Source: Phycisphaerae bacterium (GTDB lineage: Bacteria > Planctomycetota > Phycisphaerae > Sedimentisphaerales > Anaerobacaceae). From it: a stretch of 13,256 nt of DNA. Location: contig PWDX01000205.1 in assembly GCA_003553245.1 (NCBI GenBank), positions 1-13,256 of the forward strand, given 5' to 3'. Every line of letters begins with the position of its first letter. The first letter of the stretch is position 1. A program made the translations under genes and the position numbers. The notes beneath the pieces were generated by a model. That model did not search any database. It was not told the DNA's origin and worked only from the letters and a program-made list of their open reading frames with translations. Of the stretch, positions 7,255-13,256 are shown in pieces.

Positions 7255-8634
7255 TCAGACTACAATTTTAGCTAGTTCACGATAGCTGAAAATCAATATC
7301 GCCAGCAAAAGTAATATAAGCGCCTTTACTCCGATCATTATACCCGCCATTTCTCCGATGAGTGACCAACGAATAAGCCGTGCGGGTATAAGGTACTCCG
7401 ACGGATTTGCAGTGTCGAATCTCGGAAGCATATATATCAGCGGTTTTATTGTAAAATCATAAAGCCGTTCCACCGAATCCGTTGCGAAAAAGCCTATCGC
7501 TTCGATGATAAAGCCGCTTGCTATACTGGTTAAAAATACGACAAGACATAGCAGTATTGCCACAGGGAAACTTAGAAATGTAGCCGCCATTATCCCCAAA
7601 ACAGCCAGAAAAACCAATCGAATAAATATCAGTAGAATCGCTCTGAAATAGTTAGATGCGAACTCTCCGGCTTTGTATAAGACTTCTATTCCCTCATCGG
7701 TGGGGAACATAACAACCGTTCTGTTTTGTGGTGAGCTAATGAACCTCACGCCGAGATAACCATCATCTGCGATAGCATCTGCGGGAACCGCTATTTCATG
7801 TGAAACCCGAATCGAATCGCTGCGTTCTGTCCTATAAATAGGCGTTTCCGGCCTGCCGGCCTGCATCTGTCTGATATCTCCGATTTGCCACCGGCTGTGT
7901 ATCATGCCTTCGGGCGGATCATCCGACACCTGGTATTTGAAGCGGATATAAATATTTTGCTCCGGATCGGCAGGCTGAACATTCCGAAAATCCCATGTCA
8001 GGGAGTGCCCAGACGAAGCCGAGCGTTCTCTCAGCCTGAGGCTTTCCCTTATCGAGTCCATCTCCCTTTGTCGCAACCTGGGATTTATAAGTACTTCGTC
8101 GGGTATTTCATCGGCGGATCGGCGTCTTTCAAATTCCTGACGTACCTGATCGCTAATATCTGTCTGCAAAGGTTTAATTCCATCGCGAGCCGTAAAGAAC
8201 TCAACATTTGCGCGTGCTATCTCATCAGGGGGAGCATCAACAAACCCCGGTATGTATATTGTGATTCCATAAATTAACGCTGCAAACAGGGTTAAAAGTG
8301 CGGCGTTTAGCAGAATAACTCCGAGCAGTTTCCCGGCAATAAGCTGCCACCGCCGAATGGGCTTGGTAATGACGGTGTATATCTGTCGCTGGGCCACATC
8401 ACTGGTAAGGGTGTAAATGGAAATGATAATGGTTAGCATTGAAAGCAGCAATGTTGTAAGGGACAGGCCATAACTTACGAATGTCTGCAAACGCCCCTGC
8501 AAGGTTCCGTCCCCGACCATCACCGAACCCATCAGAGGCAATAGAATACCCAGCAGTATTATGAACGCCACGGCAATTTTAAGCCGAAGCGCCTGCCGGA
8601 TAGTATTTGTCGCTACTGCGAATATTTTACTCAT
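7255..8634 (-). CDS. ABC-2 family transporter permease with a roughly 200-aa hydrophilic insert between TM3 and TM4, predicted extracytoplasmic.
   Basis: Several hydrophobic helices are visible by eye (IAVAFIILLGILLPLMGSVMV; LSLTTLLLSMLTIIISIYTL; LLGVILLNAALLTLFAALIYGITIY; AILLIFIRLVFLAVLGIMAATFLSF; PVAILLCLVVFLTSIASGFIIEAIGFF; GIMIGVKALILLLLAILIFSY). The loop TSDVAQRQIYTVITKPIRRWQLIAGK is ABC-2-like. The start overlaps the upstream ATPase gene by 8 nt (ATGAGTAA). Confidence 0.7.
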   Translation of the reverse strand: MSKIFAVATNTIRQALRLKIAVAFIILLGILLPLMGSVMVGDGTLQGRLQTFVSYGLSLTTLLLSMLTIIISIYTLTSDVAQRQIYTVITKPIRRWQLIAGKLLGVILLNAALLTLFAALIYGITIYIPGFVDAPPDEIARANVEFFTARDGIKPLQTDISDQVRQEFERRRSADEIPDEVLINPRLRQREMDSIRESLRLRERSASSGHSLTWDFRNVQPADPEQNIYIRFKYQVSDDPPEGMIHSRWQIGDIRQMQAGRPETPIYRTERSDSIRVSHEIAVPADAIADDGYLGVRFISSPQNRTVVMFPTDEGIEVLYKAGEFASNYFRAILLIFIRLVFLAVLGIMAATFLSFPVAILLCLVVFLTSIASGFIIEAIGFFATDSVERLYDFTIKPLIYMLPRFDTANPSEYLIPARLIRWSLIGEMAGIMIGVKALILLLLAILIFSYRELAKIVV

Positions 8635-9865
8635 TGGATTCGCTGTCCTTGTCTTTTCGCTGCTTGGTTTTATCGCCGGGATTAGTTAATTGCTGGAGTA
8701 TGTCCTTGTTCGGCTCTTTCTTTTCGGGTTCGGATTGTTTTTCCCGTCGGGCATTGGTCTTTTTTGTAACCTGGTCAGGTTCAGCTTCTTTATCTTTATG
8801 AGTGAGCCTACCGAGCAGTTCGCGGTCAGGCTCAGGCTGTTGTGTAGTTTCTTTGGTGTCTTTTGTTTTTTGAGTTTCGGCCGTTTCTTCCTGCTTGCTT
8901 TTCGGCTTTGATTTCGAGACAAGTTTATCGAGAATATTATCCTGTTTTTGCGGTACTGCTCCGGCTGCAAGAAAATCACCGATTTTAGCGCTGTTAATAG
9001 CCCCGCTGGTTTTGCGCTGCTGTTTCTGGGCATCTGAAACGGTTTTAATAAAGAATGTCTCGAGCTTTTCCATCGGCGATGATACTTCAAATTCCGAGCT
9101 GTCGGCTGCAATTATCTGCTTTATTTTTTCAAGTGTTTCTTCTGTTACAGGCCCGGTTGTGATCTGCCTTTTGTCTGCCTGCCTGAGCAGTTGCTGAACC
9201 TCTCCCTGGCTTTGAATTCGCCCACCATACAGTATGGCTATCCTGTCACAAACATCCTCAACATCGGCAAGAAGATGGCTGCAAAGCAGTATTGTTTTTC
9301 CTCGTTCTTTAAGCTTGAGGATTACATCTTTTATCTGTCTTGTTCCCAGGGGATCCAGGCCGGTTGTAGGCTCATCAAGTATAAGCACCTCAGGGTCGTT
9401 AATGAGTGCCTGTGCCAGTCCTATACGCCTTGCCATACCTTTTGAAAAAGTACCCACCGCTCTGTTGGCGACGGCTTTGAGGCCTACCATATCAAGCAGG
9501 GCTTCAATTCTGGCTTTGCGTACTTTTGCAGGAAGAGCGAATAGTCTGCCATAAAAATCAAGTGTCTCGCGTGCGCTTAAATAACGATAAAGGTAGGACT
9601 CCTCGGGCAGGAAGCCGACATGTGAGCTAATCTTCGGATCACTGCTTCTGCCGCCTAATATAAGAGAATTTCCCGCGGTGGGATTAAGCAACCCAAGCAG
9701 CATTTTTATGGTCGTTGTCTTGCCTGAGCCATTTGGGCCAAGCAAGCCGAAAACTTCGTTCTTTTTTATTCTTAAATCGAGAGAATCGACTGCCAGAACT
9801 TTTTCTCGCCCCCACATATCTGAGAAACTTTTGGTCAAACCGAATGTTTCGATAACATAATCCAT
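8627..9865 (-). CDS. ABC transporter ATP-binding protein of the ABC-2/DrrA-like type, with a roughly 120-aa Lys/Glu/Thr/Gln-rich low-complexity C-terminal extension.
   Basis: Walker A is GLLGPNGSGKTT, with the Q-loop region. The ABC-2-type signature FSKGMARRIGLAQAL matches the SKGMxxRLGLAxAL variant seen in NosF/GldA-like ATPases. Walker B is VLILDEPTTGLD and the H-loop TILLCSHLL. The tail from about residue 293 onward is compositionally biased (KSKPKSKQEETAETQKTKDTKETTQQPEPD...). Confidence 0.85.
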   Translation of the reverse strand: MDYVIETFGLTKSFSDMWGREKVLAVDSLDLRIKKNEVFGLLGPNGSGKTTTIKMLLGLLNPTAGNSLILGGRSSDPKISSHVGFLPEESYLYRYLSARETLDFYGRLFALPAKVRKARIEALLDMVGLKAVANRAVGTFSKGMARRIGLAQALINDPEVLILDEPTTGLDPLGTRQIKDVILKLKERGKTILLCSHLLADVEDVCDRIAILYGGRIQSQGEVQQLLRQADKRQITTGPVTEETLEKIKQIIAADSSEFEVSSPMEKLETFFIKTVSDAQKQQRKTSGAINSAKIGDFLAAGAVPQKQDNILDKLVSKSKPKSKQEETAETQKTKDTKETTQQPEPDRELLGRLTHKDKEAEPDQVTKKTNARREKQSEPEKKEPNKDILQQLTNPGDKTKQRKDKDSESNE

Positions 9866-9910
9866 AAAACATCGTCCTGTAATACTCTAATCGGATGATT
9901 TTCAGGCTTT

Positions 9911-11881
9911 CTATCCTACTTTGAGTTTGCTTTGCGAACTCATTTTTCGAGTCTCTACTTTTGGCCCAGGATAGTGGTCCAATTCCTCACCATAGCGGAA
10001 AAGTCTTGCACTGTTGAACACCACCACCAGTGAACTACCGAAGTGCAGTATAGCTGCGACAACCGGTATCAGTATCGCGAACGCAGAGATACCAACGATG
10101 ATAAAGCCGATACCAAAAGCGAGATTCTGGTTGATTACCGAGCGTGCTTTTCGTGATAGCTTTACGAGAAACGGCAACCTTCGCAGGTCATCGCTTAACA
10201 GTGCGATGGACGCTGAATTAATCGCGACATCGCTGCCTGCGGCACCCATCGCCACGCCGAGATCTCCTGCTGCCAGCGCCGGTGCGTCGTTTATACCATC
10301 ACCAACAACTACAACAGTGTGTCCGGCATCTCTCATTTTTTCTACTATCGCCAATTTATCCTGCGGGAAGCAGTGTGCCTTGTAATCGGTGCAGTTGAGG
10401 TCTGAAGCAACCCGATTTGCTACTTCATCTCGGTCGCCGGTAAGCATTGTAACTCTTTTAATACCCATCTCGAGGAGTTCATTTACCGCTTTACTTGCTT
10501 CGGGTCTGGTCTTATCCTGCAGACCTATCCAGCCGATGCACCGTGAGCCTCGAGCAATATAAAGCGTACTCATTCCCTGTTGCTCGTGCATAGAGGGCTC
10601 TTCAATTTCGTCAAAAATCACATCGTTTTCTCTCAGGAAAGAGTCTCTGCCGACCAATACTCTCTGGCCGCTTACCACAGCGGCAACACCTTTGCCGGGG
10701 TGTTCTTCGAATTCTTCAGGAGGAATTAGATTCAGGTTTGCGTCTTTCGCGACATCGTTAATTGCTCTTGCCGCAGGGTGCTTGCTCATCTGTTCGGCTG
10801 ATGCCGCTATTTCGAGCAGTTCGGCAGGCTCAACATCATCGGCTGGCGTGAGTCGCGTAACATAGAGTTTCCCAGTCGTAAGCGTTCCGGTTTTATCAAA
10901 AACCATCGCCGTCATCCGCCCTGCTACTTCAAGGTCTGCGACATTTTTTACAAGTATTCCGAGCCTTGCCGCCGAAGAAATGGCCGCGACCATTGCCGTG
11001 GGTGTTGCCAAAATAAGCGCACAAGGACATGAGATAATCAAAATCGTAATAGCATAGTTAATGTTGCGTGTGAAAAACAAAACGATACCCGCTATCATAA
11101 GAATAGTCGGGACATACCATTTCACATATCGGTCGATTATCCGCATAATTGGTATTTTTGTCTGCTCGGCCTGCAATATCAAATCCTGCACGCGACCCAG
11201 GGTTGTATCCCTGCCTATCTTTGTAACTTTTACATCGAGCACACCGGTCAGGTTTTCAGTTCCAGCGAAAGCCTGCATACCGGGTACTTTGTCAACAGGC
11301 AAAGATTCACCGGTTATTGTGGCCTCATTTACCGAACTTAGCCCCTTTACAATTTCACCGTCAGCAGGGATGTTGTCGCCGGGTCTGACCCTAACAATGT
11401 CACCGGATTTGAGGTCGCTTGCCTGCATTTCTTTTTCACTACCGTCCGGTTCGAGCTTATAAGCGGTAGTAGGCGTAAGCTTTATGAGCGATTCCAGTGA
11501 GGCTCTGGCGCCCAGAGCTGTTCGGGTTTCAACCAATTCACTTAGCAACATGAAAAAGCCGACCACTCCTGCGGTCATATATTCCTGAGTTACAAAGGCC
11601 GCCACAATCGCAAGTGCGGCAAGCTCGTCCATGTGCGACTCTCTCCTGAGCCAACTGGTGATAGCGTGAACTACGATAGGCACCCCAAGCAGCATCGCTC
11701 CAAGAAACGCAAGAGCTTCGGCCTGGAATGAATCGGCACCATAAATAGGAATTGCCGCTAAGCTGCAAAGCAAAAGAGTTCCGCCGGCAAGCGTGCCTAT
11801 CAACGCCAGGCTTACGCGAGTTTGCCTGCCGTGTGTCTGTCCGTGTATGTCTTCTTTTAGCCGTAAATGCTGATGTCCCAT
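9911..11881 (-). CDS. Heavy-metal translocating P-type ATPase (P1B-type) with a short His-rich N-terminus and no CxxC HMA domain.
   Basis: Motifs present: CPCAL in the transmembrane region, the phosphorylation site DKTGTLT, the hinge VGDGINDAPALAAGDLGVAMG, and TGES in the actuator domain. The N-terminus is MGHQHLRLKEDIHGQTHGRQ. The last TM carries HFGSSLVVVFNSARL. Confidence 0.85.
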   Translation of the reverse strand: MGHQHLRLKEDIHGQTHGRQTRVSLALIGTLAGGTLLLCSLAAIPIYGADSFQAEALAFLGAMLLGVPIVVHAITSWLRRESHMDELAALAIVAAFVTQEYMTAGVVGFFMLLSELVETRTALGARASLESLIKLTPTTAYKLEPDGSEKEMQASDLKSGDIVRVRPGDNIPADGEIVKGLSSVNEATITGESLPVDKVPGMQAFAGTENLTGVLDVKVTKIGRDTTLGRVQDLILQAEQTKIPIMRIIDRYVKWYVPTILMIAGIVLFFTRNINYAITILIISCPCALILATPTAMVAAISSAARLGILVKNVADLEVAGRMTAMVFDKTGTLTTGKLYVTRLTPADDVEPAELLEIAASAEQMSKHPAARAINDVAKDANLNLIPPEEFEEHPGKGVAAVVSGQRVLVGRDSFLRENDVIFDEIEEPSMHEQQGMSTLYIARGSRCIGWIGLQDKTRPEASKAVNELLEMGIKRVTMLTGDRDEVANRVASDLNCTDYKAHCFPQDKLAIVEKMRDAGHTVVVVGDGINDAPALAAGDLGVAMGAAGSDVAINSASIALLSDDLRRLPFLVKLSRKARSVINQNLAFGIGFIIVGISAFAILIPVVAAILHFGSSLVVVFNSARLFRYGEELDHYPGPKVETRKMSSQSKLKVG

Positions 11882-11910
11882 TGGTCTTCTTTCCGGATTA
11901 AGGTTTATCT

Positions 11911-13170
11911 TTAATCGGCGTCTTCTTCTTTTCTGATCGTAGGATCGCGATTTATATGAACGCGGATCTCGGATTGCGATCCTCCCTGAGTAGGCTGAAT
12001 TATCATCTTTTCGTCAGAGGCCTCCAGTACGGTTTCGACGCTGTTTTGATAAAGCTGCTGAACAAATAAACGAGGGTGATTATGATATTCAGGCAGTATA
12101 TTTTCAAGATATGTCGCGTTGGCGCGGGCGGTTTCGACTATCTCTGTACGATAAGCCCTTGCCTCTGCCAGCACCCTTTGAACTTCGCCTGAAGCCTGCT
12201 GCCAAAGCTGTTCTGCCTGCTCTTGCGAAGTGTCGGGGTCTTTTATTGCGGTTATAAATTCCATAGCACCTGGTCCGGCAGCTTCGTTTAGAGTCTGTTG
12301 AGCATAACTTCTTGCTTCAGTAACTTCCTGCTGAGCCATCTGGCTTGCTCTGAAATAATTCAAAAAGGACTCTTCCACCTGTTTAGGCCAGGTTGCATCT
12401 TCAAGCTGAACTGTTACAACAGCCAGGCCGCTTTCTATGCGGTCGAGTTTTTGCTGCACCAGTTGGCGCACCTGAACAGGGATGCTGTCCTGAGATGTTA
12501 CGGCTTCATCTATTGTAAAATCAGCGAGTGCGGTAACAACAGAGTCTTCGAAAAGACTTTTGATAATCGGTTCGATACTTTCACGCATCACGGCGTAATA
12601 GTCCTCTCCGGGCTGAACTTCGCTAACGAGCATATTACGGAAAAATCTTTCCGGGTCGTCAACGCGATAGACTAACTGCCATTTGGTATGGACTATATTA
12701 TAGTCAGCTCCGGCTGTGGCTACATCGTCACCTTCATTTCTTGTCAGGCTATATCCGTCCATCACCGGGTGCAGCGTGCGCTGACCATGGGGGTTGCCCT
12801 GACGATCCTGCCAATACCAAAATGAGTCTATCGCCATTGAAGGCCTTCTACCAACTGGTATTCTAATTAGCTCCTCCACGGGATAAGGCCAAATCCAGTG
12901 AGCTCCCGGGCCAAGCAGCCTCTGCTCACCGACGCCTCTTATTCGTCCAAACCGTAACACCAATGCCTGTTCATTTGAACCGACCGTCCTGAACCCCGAG
13001 GCCATAAACAGTATAACCAGGACTATCATTATGCCCTTTAACACCCTGAAGCTAAGCTTCAATGCGTCTGACAGTGACTTTCCGGCGTGGTCCAGATCAT
13101 CGGTATAAATCGACTGCTGTTCGGCGTCTTCGGGAATCTGGTTTTGATTGTTTTTTTCTTCTTCAGCCAT
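11911..13170 (-). CDS. SPFH/band-7 domain membrane protein (HflK/HflC/prohibitin-like).
   Basis: An acidic N-terminus precedes a single TM (IMIVLVILFMASGF), followed by an SPFH-like start, GSNEQALVLRFGRIRGVGEQRLLGPGAHWIWPYPVEELIRIPV, which resembles the HflK/C '...v.erfGk...l.pGlhf..P...v' region. The C-terminal half is Ala/Gln/Glu-rich and helical (coiled-coil-like). An SD, AAGGA, lies 9-13 nt upstream. Confidence 0.7.
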   Translation of the reverse strand: MAEEEKNNQNQIPEDAEQQSIYTDDLDHAGKSLSDALKLSFRVLKGIMIVLVILFMASGFRTVGSNEQALVLRFGRIRGVGEQRLLGPGAHWIWPYPVEELIRIPVGRRPSMAIDSFWYWQDRQGNPHGQRTLHPVMDGYSLTRNEGDDVATAGADYNIVHTKWQLVYRVDDPERFFRNMLVSEVQPGEDYYAVMRESIEPIIKSLFEDSVVTALADFTIDEAVTSQDSIPVQVRQLVQQKLDRIESGLAVVTVQLEDATWPKQVEESFLNYFRASQMAQQEVTEARSYAQQTLNEAAGPGAMEFITAIKDPDTSQEQAEQLWQQASGEVQRVLAEARAYRTEIVETARANATYLENILPEYHNHPRLFVQQLYQNSVETVLEASDEKMIIQPTQGGSQSEIRVHINRDPTIRKEEDAD

Positions 13171-13180
13171 ATCGCTATCC

Positions 13181-13256
13181 TTATTGCTGACGCACTAAAG
13201 GCATATCAGTTTCTTCCCGCTCTTCAAGTTCTTCTGCAACAACCGAAGGGTCTTTC
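13181..13256 (-). CDS. The 3' end (last 25 codons, ...KDPSVVAEELEEREETDMPLVRQQ*) of an upstream - strand gene of unknown function.
   Basis: The frame is open from the window edge to TAA (RC of 13181..13183), ending 10 nt before the SPFH gene's SD. It is too short to assign. A second SPFH (HflK/HflC partner) gene is a plausible guess but unsupported. Confidence 0.3.
   Translation of the reverse strand, partial: KDPSVVAEELEEREETDMPLVRQQ

Noticed and set aside
8686-9111. Overlapping ORFs (141 aa on -, 73 aa and 100 aa on +) inside the ATPase gene's tail region.
   Set aside because: They lie in alternative frames of a low-complexity purine-rich coding stretch. Their translations are Lys/Arg/Ser-rich or Phe/Leu-rich nonsense of the kind expected from frame shifts of a K/E-rich region. 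They have no independent RBS, and a well-supported ABC ATPase occupies the region.
10014-11462. Plus-strand ORFs (123 aa and 133 aa) antisense to the P-type ATPase.
   Set aside because: They are antisense to a high-confidence CDS with conserved P-type motifs. They are Ser/Thr/Pro-rich with no recognisable features and are likely spurious.
1-13256. Searched for CRISPR arrays, tandem or interspersed repeats, IS or transposase or integrase genes, and tRNA or rRNA.
   Set aside because: By eye I found no direct repeats of 20 or more nt, no repeat-spacer periodicity, no transposase or integrase-like ORF, and no intergenic space large enough for a structured RNA gene. The largest spacer is 97 bp.

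Overview
The window is gene-dense, with nine complete and two partial protein-coding genes and no intergenic gap longer than about 100 bp. Apart from the 3' end of a + strand LpxL/HtrB-family lipid A acyltransferase (1..399), every gene lies on the - strand. In - strand transcription order these are a partial unknown ORF (13181..13256), an SPFH/band-7 (HflK/HflC-like) membrane protein, an atypical P1B-type heavy-metal ATPase, an ABC-2 type ATP-binding protein with a long charged low-complexity C-terminal tail, an ABC-2 permease carrying a roughly 200-aa extracytoplasmic insert, a 593-aa membrane-anchored protein with no recognisable motifs, a UvrD/PcrA helicase, and a tightly coupled pgi-ruvX-ldh block. 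The ATPase and permease are translationally coupled by an 8-nt overlap. The gene content (lipid A acyltransferase, ABC-2, several genes without Shine-Dalgarno sequences) suggests a diderm bacterium, possibly of the PVC superphylum, but that is a guess. I found no rRNA, tRNA, CRISPR array, IS element or integrase. The best candidate for something undescribed is the ATPase, permease and 593-aa protein cassette (5439..9865), sitting next to the metal pump and SPFH genes. All assignments come from motif recognition by eye; I could run no database or HMM searches.
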